From positions 224,001 through 288,000 of the forward strand of contig CAVQBA010000001.1 in the NCBI GenBank assembly GCA_963710605.1: DNA of 64,000 bases. The letters are read 5' to 3'. This DNA is from an uncultured cyanobacterium. Its GTDB lineage: Bacteria; Cyanobacteriota; Cyanobacteriia; Cyanobacteriales; Cyanobacteriaceae. The first letter of the stretch is position 1; the number at the start of each line of letters is the position of its first letter. Position numbers and translations under genes: made by a program. The notes below the pieces were generated by a model. It did no database searches. It saw only the letters and a program-made list of their open reading frames with translations, and was not told the DNA's origin. Shown piece by piece: positions 32,963 to 43,598 of this stretch.

Positions 32963-33241
32963 ATGAATTTAATTTTAATTGTGATGATTTTGACTATTTT
33001 AATTCCCATCTATCAAACTTGGCAAGATAGAAATGTTTGGCAAAAAATGTTGGCTGTCAGCAGTATTTCTAGTAAAGCATCAGTAATTATTTTGGTTATT
33101 TCAGTATTAAGAGATGATTGGATGATGGGTGTTGTCGGAGTAATTATCTTAACTATCGGAAATGCGGGTTTGATGTTACTTGCTCATTTACTCAAACAAA
33201 TTGGTGATAATCATAAGCAAATGGTGGTTGATAACGAATGA
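32963..33241 (+). CDS. mrpF: Mrp subunit F-like
   Basis: Small three-helix membrane protein between mrpE and mrpG. Confidence 0.65.
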   Translation: MNLILIVMILTILIPIYQTWQDRNVWQKMLAVSSISSKASVIILVISVLRDDWMMGVVGVIILTIGNAGLMLLAHLLKQIGDNHKQMVVDNE

Positions 33242-33367
33242 TTAATAATTATTTATTTATGAGTAAATAATGATTACCACAATACTATAATTATTTATTG
33301 AATAACATTTAAAAAAAATTTTTAACTATTGATACCTTTAACAATTTAAGATTAACAAATAAAAAAA

Positions 33368-33652
33368 ATGATTGACTTTTTAACCTACTTTTGCTTAATA
33401 TCAGGATTAATATTTTGGTTGTGGGGAACACCAGTTTTATTACAAAAACGATCGATTTTTTATAAACTTCATGCCCTTTCGGTTTCTGATACACTAGGTT
33501 CAATTTTAATTGTGATTGGCTTAGGTTTAAAAATACCAAGTGAATTACCTCTATTGATTTTAGCGATTATCTCCCTAGCAATTTGGAATACAATGTTAGG
33601 TTATGTATTAGCTTATGGTGCAATTAATCAGGAGGAAAAACTGGATGGATGA
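33368..33652 (+). CDS. mrpG: Mrp subunit G
   Basis: KLHALSVSDTLG. Confidence 0.85.
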   Translation: MIDFLTYFCLISGLIFWLWGTPVLLQKRSIFYKLHALSVSDTLGSILIVIGLGLKIPSELPLLILAIISLAIWNTMLGYVLAYGAINQEEKLDG

Positions 33653-34178
33653 TCTTTATATTTATCTTATAGTTGCTTTATTACCCTTGTCTTCATTAAT
33701 GCTAATGCTGGAAGTTAATCCTTATAATGCTTTAATTGTCAGGGGTATTTTAGGGGCGGTTGCCGTTTTAACCTATGTAGTTTTAGGAGCGGCAGATGTT
33801 GCTTTAACTGAAGCTTTGATGGGAACGATGTTAGCGGTTAGTCTTTATGTTATCGCAGTCCGAAGTTCTTTAGTTATGCGTTTGGGTGTAGTTAAATCGA
33901 TATGTCATAATGACGATGATTTTAATCTTTTAATTAATAATTTACGTCAAGCAATTAGCCAGATATATCTACGTTTAGAAATTGTAACTTACGAAGATCA
34001 AGAAACTTTAGAAACAGCTTTAAATAAAAAAGAAATACACGGAATTTGCTTAGCAAATAATTCTCAATCTGAGCAAAATATTCCTTATCAAATTAAAGTA
34101 AGAGTAGCAAGATTATGTCAAGTAATTGAAGAAAATGTTAACAAAAAAAATTTTATTATTAACTTAATTAATTATTAA
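33645..34178 (+). CDS. DUF4040 Mrp-associated subunit
   Basis: GAADVALTEA motif; ATG at 33645 after GGAGG. Confidence 0.8.
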   Translation: MDDLYIYLIVALLPLSSLMLMLEVNPYNALIVRGILGAVAVLTYVVLGAADVALTEALMGTMLAVSLYVIAVRSSLVMRLGVVKSICHNDDDFNLLINNLRQAISQIYLRLEIVTYEDQETLETALNKKEIHGICLANNSQSEQNIPYQIKVRVARLCQVIEENVNKKNFIINLINY

Positions 34179-34187
34179 ATATTAAAT

Positions 34188-34850
34188 ATGAAAATATTAT
34201 ATCTATTAGCAGGAATAACGATGTTTGTCAAGATACTAGTTATTCCTAATTCTATTTTTGAATCAGAAGAAATATCGATTGTGGAAATGATAGTTGAAGA
34301 AAGTGGTGTGCCTAATGCGGTAAGTGCAATTATTTTTCGTAACCGTTTGTTTGACACAATTTTTGAGGTGATCGTATTTACTATTGCTACTTTAGGAATT
34401 AGTTTTTTGCTTTCTAATGAGCAACCTGCACAAGCAGTTTATCAATTTAGTGATCAAACATCGATCGTCTTAGCTCGTTTTGGGGCGACTTTAGCGGCGA
34501 TTGTAGCGATCGAATTAGCTATTAGAGGGCATTTAAGCCCCGGTGGTGGTTTTGCCGCAGGAGTGGCAGGAGGTACAGCTATTGGCTTGATTGCTATTAC
34601 CTCGTCATCAGAAGCAATGCAAACAGTCTATCAACGTTGGCGTGCGGCAATAGTCGAAAAAGTATCCGTAATTGTCTTTATTATTTTATCTGTCGTTTCT
34701 TTAGCAGGTTTAGAATTATCTCACGGTAATTTCGGACAATTATTTAGTGGTGGTATGATTCCTATCCTGAATATTATCGTAGCTCTTAAAGTAGCTTTAG
34801 GTTCTTGGGCGATACTATTATTATTTATTCGTTATCGAGGTTTGTTATAA
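34188..34850 (+). CDS. mrpB: Mrp subunit B
   Basis: RLFDTIFEV, GHLSPGGGFAAG. Confidence 0.9.
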   Translation: MKILYLLAGITMFVKILVIPNSIFESEEISIVEMIVEESGVPNAVSAIIFRNRLFDTIFEVIVFTIATLGISFLLSNEQPAQAVYQFSDQTSIVLARFGATLAAIVAIELAIRGHLSPGGGFAAGVAGGTAIGLIAITSSSEAMQTVYQRWRAAIVEKVSVIVFIILSVVSLAGLELSHGNFGQLFSGGMIPILNIIVALKVALGSWAILLLFIRYRGLL

Positions 34851-35361
34851 ATTTGGCAAATGTCTAATTATGTTGGGTTGATTTTTGCCTGCGTGCTTAC
34901 TTACTTACCTGCATCGTTTGTAACTGATGACTAATAATCATCATAACCTAGATAAATCGATCGATTTATTTATTTGGCTACAAGACAAAAATACTTAAAA
35001 GAAGAGTCAATTTATTCACAAAACCAGATAACTATAAATTTAAGGAACAAAACTGACTGCTTTATCGTCTTTAGGTTTCTGGCAATTGTCAACAATTAAA
35101 TCGATCGATTCTCAGAATATACTTTGTAAATAATGATTGATCAATCGGCTTTAAATCTTTAAATAATTCAATCAATCTCAACTTAAGCAACGAAAAACCT
35201 TTATTGATTAGGCAAAAGATTAAAATCATGTCTAATTATTAAGTGTTTTCGACCATTAGTAAAGTGCTAACTGAGAAAATAATTAATACATTACTGAATT
35301 AAAACAAAATTGATAAAATACAAAAACAAAGAGAATAATTTGAATAACTAAAATATAACCC

Positions 35362-37113
35362 ATGGCATCATCAATATCTCTAAATCAAATTGTTAAGCAT
35401 CTGAATTTGCCACTTTTGTTATCTATCGGCATTCATGGAGTATTCTTTATGACTATTCTTCCTGATTGGAATACTAACAATAAACTAAGTAGTAGTGATG
35501 GTTTACAAAATACACCTGTAATCGAATTCAACGAATTAGAAAAAACTAGATTACCACAACCAAAACAACCACCAGCTACTTTTGATTGGAATATTGTTAA
35601 TACTTTGCCATCGCAAAATGATAACTCCATTGCTTTAAATATTCCTAATCTTCCTAATCTTCCTCCTCCTCCTCCTCTCAATCAATTACCATTACCTCAA
35701 ATTAATAATGGTGGTATAGTCAATATACCTTCAATGCCACCACCACCAATCAATTTTTCACCTAACAACCCAACACCAACGACTAATCCGTTACCATTAC
35801 CTCAACCACAAATATATACTTCTAATTATTCTTCACAATTACCACCGCCGCCAAATTTTGATGGTGAAGATATTAATCAGCCAACAATTTTAGATAGTGT
35901 ACCGACTATCAGCGATTCTGATTTACCTACCTATAATACACAACCACGTCCTAGAATATCATTATCTCCTGAAGAAGAAGCTAAGATTAGGGCTGAAATT
36001 TTTGCTGATTCTAAAATTCAAATTGCCGCTAATCCACGAGATGTGATTAATGGTAAAATTACCACTCCCAATGACAATAATAACAATAATAACAATAATC
36101 CCAATCTAAATAATTCTAACAATCAAAGTGCGATCGTTCAACCGTTACCTCAAAATTACGAATCTCTGGCTAGTAAACTAGAAAAAAAACCTGAGAATAC
36201 TACTAACGATGAAGCGAGAAAAAACTATGTCGCATGGGCGGCAAAAGTCAAAAACGTCAAATCACAACAAGTTACCTTACAAGGTATATACCCTAAAGAC
36301 GCTTGCGTTCGCAAATTAGAAGGCACTACAACCTATGGAGTTACTGTTAACCCCAGTGGTAGTGTAGTTAGTAGTAATTTGATTAAAAGTTCGGGTTATA
36401 GCTTATTCAATAATCAAGCATTAAGACAAATTCAGGGGCGTAAATTTGCTAACAATACAGGTGGCAATCAACCATATCATGTTTATGTTAACTTTAACTA
36501 TAATCAAAATATTTGTCCTTCCCTTTCAATTAATAACCTAGGTAATATACCAGCGGCAAATCCTCCTAAAACAACTCCTAATACTAATACTAATCAACCT
36601 CAGCAGACAGAAACTAAACCCCAAACTACTGTTACACCTGTTACACCTGTTACACCAAAAACTAATCAACCTCAACAGCAGACAGAAACTAAACCTCAAA
36701 CTACTGTTATACCTGTTACACCAAAAACTACACCAAAAACTAATCAACCTCAACAACAGACAGAAACTAAACCCAAAACTACTGTTACACCCGTTACACC
36801 AAAACCTACACCAAAAACTAATCAACCTCAACAACAGACAGAAACTAAACCTCAAACGACTGTTATACCTGTTACACCAAAACCTACACCAAATCAAACG
36901 ACAACTAAACCTCAACCTAAACAAACAGTTGTGCCTGTCAAACCTCAAAATAAAACACCGACTAAACCACAACCTATTCCTGAAACTAAGTTACCGAATA
37001 CATCTGAGAATAAAGCGAATCAGTTAGTGATACCTAAAACAAATCCGCCTAAAACTGAATCTAAATCTATTACTCCTAACTCCTCAGAAAATCAAAATAA
37101 ATTAACTCCTTAA
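35362..37113 (+). CDS. TonB-family protein with Pro-rich linker and repetitive C-terminal tail
   Basis: N-terminal S..IH transmembrane anchor, YP..A...EG, KSSGY..FN.QAL. Confidence 0.75.
   Translation: MASSISLNQIVKHLNLPLLLSIGIHGVFFMTILPDWNTNNKLSSSDGLQNTPVIEFNELEKTRLPQPKQPPATFDWNIVNTLPSQNDNSIALNIPNLPNLPPPPPLNQLPLPQINNGGIVNIPSMPPPPINFSPNNPTPTTNPLPLPQPQIYTSNYSSQLPPPPNFDGEDINQPTILDSVPTISDSDLPTYNTQPRPRISLSPEEEAKIRAEIFADSKIQIAANPRDVINGKITTPNDNNNNNNNNPNLNNSNNQSAIVQPLPQNYESLASKLEKKPENTTNDEARKNYVAWAAKVKNVKSQQVTLQGIYPKDACVRKLEGTTTYGVTVNPSGSVVSSNLIKSSGYSLFNNQALRQIQGRKFANNTGGNQPYHVYVNFNYNQNICPSLSINNLGNIPAANPPKTTPNTNTNQPQQTETKPQTTVTPVTPVTPKTNQPQQQTETKPQTTVIPVTPKTTPKTNQPQQQTETKPKTTVTPVTPKPTPKTNQPQQQTETKPQTTVIPVTPKPTPNQTTTKPQPKQTVVPVKPQNKTPTKPQPIPETKLPNTSENKANQLVIPKTNPPKTESKSITPNSSENQNKLTP
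36589..36895 (+). repeat. Four intragenic 72-78 bp tandem repeats
   Basis: ACTAATCAACCTCA starts at 36589, 36661, 36739 and 36817. Confidence 0.9.
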
Positions 37114-37225
37114 AAAGATTGATAATTTTTAAAATACTGATAATCAAGTCAAATAAATAAAGCCTGTGTTGCAAATAACATTAAATAGATAATCTGGTGT
37201 GTTGTTTGTTGTAAATCAAATAAAA

Positions 37226-37249
37226 AGACAAGGCGTGCCTTGTCTCTAC
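37226..37249 (-). repeat. GTAG-type REP hairpin
   Basis: GTAG-AGACAAGGC-AC-GCCTTGTCT on the minus strand. Confidence 0.7.
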
Positions 37250-37377
37250 TGTCAAAAAAAATTATCAATTGTGTGTATAGCCGTTAACTTCTCTAATGTG
37301 TGAGGAATAAGATTCGCTCTTGTTAATTTAGCTAAAAGGTTGCTATATTTAAGACAAATTAAAATCTCAATTTAGAA

Positions 37378-38482
37378 TTATCGATCGTTATTAACTGTTT
37401 TTGTTGCTACCCAATATTTACTAAAAGCATGAACTTCTTCTTTGATATCAGTAAAACCTGCTTTATTTAAACGTAAACTAAGAATCATCTTTGATATAGT
37501 CAGTATAAAATGGTTCATGAAACATCAGAGGAAAATTTTTCATCATTGATTCTAAATCAGCCGAATCAGATAACTGGATTGAGTCAGCAATGACAACTAC
37601 TCCTCCGGGCTGTAAAACTCTAAAAAATTCGTCAATCACTTTTTGTCTGACTGCGTTAGGCAATTCGTGAAATAAAAATACGTTAGTAACTGCATCAAAA
37701 TAATTGTCAGCATAAGGTAAATTTTCGGCATTACCTTCTAGTAATTGGGGGATTGCTTCTGGTATCTGAGTTAGAAGTTGATTTGCTTTACGTAAATACG
37801 CCACCGATAAATCTACACCATATAAAGACGCATTAGCTATCGTGCTTCTAATAAATTTTAATGTTCTACCTGTACCACAAGCAACATCCAAAATTTTAGG
37901 CTCATCAATAGATAGATTCAGATTAGGATTATTACTTAAACCTTGTTTAAGAGGCTTAAGAATACGACGACGCATTGCATCAGCAACTCCGTTAAACAAA
38001 ATATCAACTTGTAAGTCATAAACATCAGCCGAATGCTCACTTAGATAACCATCGCTTTGATAATGAAAGTTACGACGATAGTATTGAGGATATTTTTCTA
38101 AGTTGACATTTGCGGGAAATTCTTGAGCATTTTGTTTTTGCATTCTCGTCCATGTTTGAGGAGAATCTAACCATATTTTAAGATAGCTGGGCAAAAACTC
38201 AAGTAAGTTATCCTCAAATAATAAGCTAATCGGATATACTCCATCATGGGCATCTTGCCAGTCTTGATTAATTAAATAATCAAATCGACTTTGCAACCTA
38301 GTTAATGCTTCAGGTGATATATCTTCAAATTGGATATTAGCAGGAAAAAAAGCTTTTCTTATTTCGGTAGCTAGGTTTTTGTGTGCTAGACTTAATGCCG
38401 CTTTAGCAGTTTGCCCTGTTTGGTAAAGATTTTTTAAGAGAGTATCAGGTAAAAATTGCTCTGGTTGTAAATTTGATTGCAT
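37378..38482 (-). CDS. Class I SAM-dependent methyltransferase (frameshift near 37483)
   Basis: ILDVACGTG, FLFHELP; removing one T gives DDLSLRL..AGF....SKYWVA. Confidence 0.88.
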
Positions 38483-38706
38483 GGAATACGATCGATTTTA
38501 TTTGAGTAAAAATGAATTATTATTAACTATTGTAATAAATCTTTACGCTGTTTTTAATTGAATCAAGACTATTTCTCAAAAAAATACGATCGAAGTTAGA
38601 ATAATTTCAATCAATAACTAATCATTTGCTTTCCAAGCACTATTGTTTTATTTACAACTAAATAATATCCATAATGATACTATAGTTAAAATGACATTTT
38701 ATTCAA

Positions 38707-38967
38707 ATGCCAAAAATTAATAAACTTATTGCTAATTTTAGGAATAATCCAGAAAATGTTAAGTTTACAGATTTAGTTAAGGTTTGTAACTATTATTTTG
38801 GCGAACCAAGACAACAAAAAACGAGTCATTGTGTTTACAAGACTCCTTGGCTGGGTAATCCTAGAGTAAACATTCAAAATAAAAATGGGAAAGCAAAAGT
38901 TTATCAAGTTAAGCAGGTTTTAGCCGCTATTATTAAACTGGAAGAGGATATCAATAATGAAGATTAA
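38707..38967 (+). CDS. HicA-like toxin
   Basis: RQ..SH.VYKTPW.G.PRVNIQ..GKAK.YQVKQ. Confidence 0.75.
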   Translation: MPKINKLIANFRNNPENVKFTDLVKVCNYYFGEPRQQKTSHCVYKTPWLGNPRVNIQNKNGKAKVYQVKQVLAAIIKLEEDINNED

Positions 38968-39184
38968 TCATGAGCATTATACTTATCGAATTATTTGGTC
39001 TCCCGAAGATCAAGAATTTGTCGGTTTGTGTGTTGAGTTTCCTAGTTTATCCTATCTAGATGACGATCGTTTTAGAGCCTTTGAAAAAATTACCAGTTTA
39101 GTTCAAGAGGTAATTGCTGATATGGAAGCTAATGGGGAACAAATACCAGAACCTATATCATTAAGACGCTACAATACAATTTAG
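38957..39184 (+). CDS. HicB-like antitoxin (short)
   Basis: YTYRI.WS.EDQEFVGLC.EFPSLS; overlaps the toxin stop. Confidence 0.75.
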   Translation: MKINHEHYTYRIIWSPEDQEFVGLCVEFPSLSYLDDDRFRAFEKITSLVQEVIADMEANGEQIPEPISLRRYNTI

Positions 39185-39508
39185 TTGATATTTTTTCAAT
39201 ACCTCCACTAATTCTTTTATGATCTATTTTTCAAATCTATGTGTATAAATCCGTTGTTACTTCGTTATATTCAATGGTGGTTTGACCGATTAAATCTTTA
39301 TCTGTAATTTTATTTTTCTGTTAGAATAGGTTGTACATTGGAAACGTTTCGGGTTCGACAATCCCATCAATAGCTATCGGCAATTTTACAGGTTATTCGC
39401 AACAATTGTGTGAATATTTTGGATTTACACTCGTTGATGATATATTTGATTTTCAGGAATCAGAAAAAAATCCTGAAAATTCTAATTAGTTATTTTTATT
39501 TGTACTTA

Positions 39509-39581
<73 letters not shown>

Positions 39582-39602
39582 ATGTCTTAATGACACTTAC
39601 CT

Positions 39603-39631
39603 AGTATAGCTAACTTTTCTAGGCTTGGCAA
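39603..39631 (-). promoter_or_regulatory. Sigma70-type promoter of tRNA-Phe
   Basis: TTGCCA-17bp-TATACT on the minus strand. Confidence 0.7.
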
Positions 39632-39902
39632 GGTCAATAATAATGAAGAATGAAAAATTAGCTCTATGATTAAGTTTAAGCCTTAAATTAGTTCAATAAT
39701 TTTTTTTTTGCGTCTTAAAATATGAGCCTTAAGACCTAACTTTTTTTTGGTCAAGTACAAGAAATAATGATAATTGCTTCAACCTTAAGTTACAACTCAT
39801 CAAAATTATCAGCATCATCAAAAAGAGAAATATAGTTAATAGCAGATAGTTTCAATATTTAGCTACTAACTATGCAGAATGCTTTTTCTCTTATCAATTG
39901 AA

Positions 39903-40118
39903 TTAACCTTCGACGTTTAAAAAAGGTAATAAAGCTACTAAACGAGCTCTTTTAACAGCAGTAGTTAATGCTCTTTGTTGACGAGCGGTTAAACCTGTAA
40001 TTCTACGAGGAAGCATTTTTCCTCTTTCAGTTACAAATTTGTGTAACAATTCTACGTCTTTATAGTCAATAACTTGACTCGTAGAGAGGGGGGATTGTCT
40101 TTTACGGAAATAAGCCAT
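39903..40118 (-). CDS. rpsR: 30S ribosomal protein S18
   Basis: [18 protein letters not shown]. Confidence 0.97.
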   Translation of the reverse strand: MAYFRKRQSPLSTSQVIDYKDVELLHKFVTERGKMLPRRITGLTARQQRALTTAVKRARLVALLPFLNVEG

Positions 40119-40186
40119 GATTTATTTTACAATTATGATTTGTTACTGTGAAGATCAAAAAAATTTCTGGGAAGAAATTAATCTAA

Positions 40187-40381
40187 CTATTTAATTTCTT
40201 TATGGACTGTATGCTTATTACAATGGGTACAGAATTTTTTGAGTTCTAATCTATTGGTGGTATTACGTCTATTTTTCATGGTGGTGTAACGAGATACACC
40301 TTTAGAACGTTTATCTAGGTTAGTACGGCATTCTGTACACTCTAAAGTAATAATTAAACGGACACCTTTTTTACTGGCCAT
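40187..40381 (-). CDS. rpmG: 50S ribosomal protein L33
   Basis: LECTEC...[16 protein letters not shown]. Confidence 0.97.
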   Translation of the reverse strand: MASKKGVRLIITLECTECRTNLDKRSKGVSRYTTMKNRRNTTNRLELKKFCTHCNKHTVHKEIK

Positions 40382-40940
40382 TGTTTTAGTTTAAGTTACT
40401 ATAAAGCTAATTTTATACACAATCTACTATTATCTAACAAAAACTATAGTTTTGACAAGTCTTATTATTAAAGTTCGATCGATTTATACTTCCAAATTTT
40501 ACTCTAAAGCCTTATCTTTTAACATAGAACAGATCATAAGAGAATTAAATATTTACATTCTTCATTTTTAACTAATTATCAATTACATAAAAAAATAGTT
40601 GTTTAATTGATTAATGAAAGTTGCAAAAAATCAAAGTAATCTCAAATATTTGTGGAGAAAAAATAAAAAAAATATTAAGATTAGATAGCCAAGTTAAGGA
40701 AAAAATTTCGCTAGGGATAATAAAGGGTTTACAATATATGAATAAATTTGCATTATCAAAAATTGTCGCTCTATATAACTAAATAGTTAAGCTTAAGTAA
40801 CGCATTTATTTGTAAATCGTCGTTTATTATTCTCAAAATAATTGATTGTCGTTTATAAATGCAATAGTGAAAACATTTAACTAAATATAGAAACACTTGT
40901 GTAATTGATAAGCTCAATCGTCTTACCTAAAACTCTTTAG

Positions 40941-42545
40941 ATGAATAATTGTAATCAACCTATTACTAAAAAAACTTTTTCTCTAACTACCCCTTTATAT
41001 TATGTAAATGGTTTACCTCATATTGGTAGTGCTTATACCACGATGATAGCTGATGCGATCGCCCGTTGGTATCGGTTATCAAATTTTGAGGTAATGTTTG
41101 TTACGGGTACAGATGAACATGGGCAAAAAATTCAACGTACTGCCGAAGCTAATAATGTCGCTCCTCAACTTCATTGTGATACCATCGTCGAGAGTTTTCA
41201 ACTTCTGTGGCAAAAACTAGATATACAATACGATAGTTTTACTCGCACCACCGCTGATAAACACTCGATAATTGTGAAAGAATTTTTTGCAAGAGTATCA
41301 CAACAAGAAGATATTTATTTAGCACAACAACAAGGTTGGTATTGTGTCGGTTGTGAAGAATTTAAAGAAGAAAGAGAATTATTAGAAAACAAACATTGCC
41401 CCATTCATACTAATCAAGCAGTAGAATGGCGAGATGAGCAAAACTATTTCTTCCGTCTTTCTCGCTATCAACAACAACTAGAAGATTTATACGAATCTAA
41501 CCCCGAATTTATTCAACCCCAAAGCAGACGAAATGAGGTTATTAACTTCGTTAAACAAGGATTACAAGACTTTTCTATCTCTCGAATTAATGTATCTTGG
41601 GGTTTTCCTATTCCTGATGATTCTGCTCATACCATCTATGTTTGGTTTGATGCACTCTTAGGTTATGTCACAGCTTTGTTAGACGAAGATGATGAAGTTA
41701 ATTTGGAAAATGCACTCAAAAAATGGTATCCCTTTAATCTTCATTTAATTGGTAAAGATATACTCCGCTTTCATGCTGTTTATTGGCCAGCTATGTTAAT
41801 GTCAGCACAATTACCTTTGCCTAAGCAAGTTTTCGGGCATGGTTTTCTCACTAAAGATGGGCGTAAAATGGGTAAGAGTTTGGGTAATACACTTGATCCT
41901 TTTGAGTTGGTTGATAAATATGGCTCGGATGCTATCCGTTATTATTTCCTCAAAGAAATTGAAGTAGGAGAAGATGGCGACTTTAACGAAACTCGTTTTA
42001 TTAATACCGTTAATGCCGATTTAGCGAACGATTTAGGTAATTTACTTAATCGCTCTAGAGGGATGTTGAAAAAATACTGTCAAAACACTTTACCTGCCAT
42101 TACAGGTGCCGATATTGCTGATGATAATCCAGTTAAACAAATAGGGGTGGTTTTACCTGAACGAATTAAACAAGCTTATAGTAGTTATCGTTTTCAAGAT
42201 TTATTCAATAATGTATTCGCTTTAATTGGTCAATGTAATAAATATATTGATGATAGTAAACCTTGGACTTTGTTCAAAAATGAAGAGCAATTTGAGGTGG
42301 AAAAAATTCTTTATGTTGTACTTGAATCAGTAAGATTTGCCGGTTTTAGTTTAGCACCAATTGTTCCTAATATTAGTAATAAAATTTATCATCAATTAGG
42401 GTATGAGTTTGATTTTAATGACCAAAAATTAGGAGAGAAACTATCACTTTCTTCTGAACATTGGCAATGGGGGAAATTAACGATTAATTCTGATTTACCT
42501 AAAGCTGAGCCAGTTTTTGCCAGATTAGAACTACCTGAAAATTAA
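40941..42545 (+). CDS. metG: Methionine--tRNA ligase
   Basis: YVNGLPHIG, TGTDEHGQKI, KMGKS. Confidence 0.96.
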   Translation: MNNCNQPITKKTFSLTTPLYYVNGLPHIGSAYTTMIADAIARWYRLSNFEVMFVTGTDEHGQKIQRTAEANNVAPQLHCDTIVESFQLLWQKLDIQYDSFTRTTADKHSIIVKEFFARVSQQEDIYLAQQQGWYCVGCEEFKEERELLENKHCPIHTNQAVEWRDEQNYFFRLSRYQQQLEDLYESNPEFIQPQSRRNEVINFVKQGLQDFSISRINVSWGFPIPDDSAHTIYVWFDALLGYVTALLDEDDEVNLENALKKWYPFNLHLIGKDILRFHAVYWPAMLMSAQLPLPKQVFGHGFLTKDGRKMGKSLGNTLDPFELVDKYGSDAIRYYFLKEIEVGEDGDFNETRFINTVNADLANDLGNLLNRSRGMLKKYCQNTLPAITGADIADDNPVKQIGVVLPERIKQAYSSYRFQDLFNNVFALIGQCNKYIDDSKPWTLFKNEEQFEVEKILYVVLESVRFAGFSLAPIVPNISNKIYHQLGYEFDFNDQKLGEKLSLSSEHWQWGKLTINSDLPKAEPVFARLELPEN

Positions 42546-42851
42546 TAGCTGTAAAGTTTTTTTCTAATTAGTTGAATATACAGCTTTAATTATATTTGTA
42601 ATAAATTAGTTAAATATAGCTTTTAAGTTATAAACCTTTTATCGTTTAAAGAAAAAGAATAAAAATAAAAAAGTGAAAATAAGACATATTTTTGCTAAAC
42701 TATAATTAAATTATAAAAATAATTAGTAGTATTTTTAACTACTAATTGAATCTAAAGATTAAGTTATTATCAAGATAATTTAATCAAATATAACTTTTAA
42801 TAAAAACTTTTTCCAAAACTAATTTTAAATAAAATATAAAAGGATAAATAA

Positions 42852-43457
42852 ATGTGGGATAATTTTGATAGCGATCCCGTTTTCCCCCCTGAGCAAGTGC
42901 TAGAAAATAGGGGTAGGGTAGCTATATTCATTGATGGTTCAAATTTGTTTTATGCGGCATTACAGTTAGGTGTAGAAATTGATTATACCAAGCTACTTTA
43001 TCGTTTGACCGCAGGTGCTAAATTATTAAGAGCCTTTTTTTACACAGGTGTCGATCGTACTAATGAAAAACAACAAGGTTTTTTACTTTGGATGCGTCGT
43101 AACGGTTATAGAGTAATTGCTAAAGATTTAGTGCAGTTACCTGATGGTTCTAAAAAAGCGAATTTAGACGTTGAAATTGCGGTAGATTTAATGGCTTTAG
43201 TCGCTCATTATGACACTGCGGTGTTAGTAAGTGGTGATGGTGATTTAGCTTATGCCGTTGATGCGGTGAGTTATCGTGGAGCGAGGATTGAAGTAGTTAG
43301 TTTACGATCGATGACTAGTGATAGTTTAATTAATGTAGCCGATCGTTATATTGATCTAGAACAAATCAGAGAAGACATCCAAAAAACACGCAAATCTAAC
43401 CTTACTTATGATAGTTTTTCTCCTTATCATTTAATTGAAAATAGAGATGCGGAATAA
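42852..43457 (+). CDS. NYN-domain (LabA/DUF88) protein
   Basis: IFIDGSN, VSGDGD. Confidence 0.88.
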   Translation: MWDNFDSDPVFPPEQVLENRGRVAIFIDGSNLFYAALQLGVEIDYTKLLYRLTAGAKLLRAFFYTGVDRTNEKQQGFLLWMRRNGYRVIAKDLVQLPDGSKKANLDVEIAVDLMALVAHYDTAVLVSGDGDLAYAVDAVSYRGARIEVVSLRSMTSDSLINVADRYIDLEQIREDIQKTRKSNLTYDSFSPYHLIENRDAE

Positions 43458-43598
43458 TTTTATTTTAATAAATATTAATTATCAATTATTAATTATTAAC
43501 TATTAATAATTGATAATAAAAAGGTTAAATCTAGATAAAGATAAATAATAAATTTATAATCTTGATCAAAATGATTAATGGGCAAATAAATTCCAATT

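Noticed and set aside
36589-36895. CRISPR-like periodic repeat; antisense Cys/Phe-rich ORF 36538-36972
   Set aside because: In-frame coding tandem repeats of the TonB-like gene; the antisense ORF is their shadow
38532-38546. NtcA box
   Set aside because: GTA and TAC are separated by 9 nt, not the canonical 8
39351-39365. tRNA T-arm remnant or att site (GGGTTCGACAATCCC)
   Set aside because: Does not match the tRNA-Phe 3' end, and there is no surrounding cloverleaf
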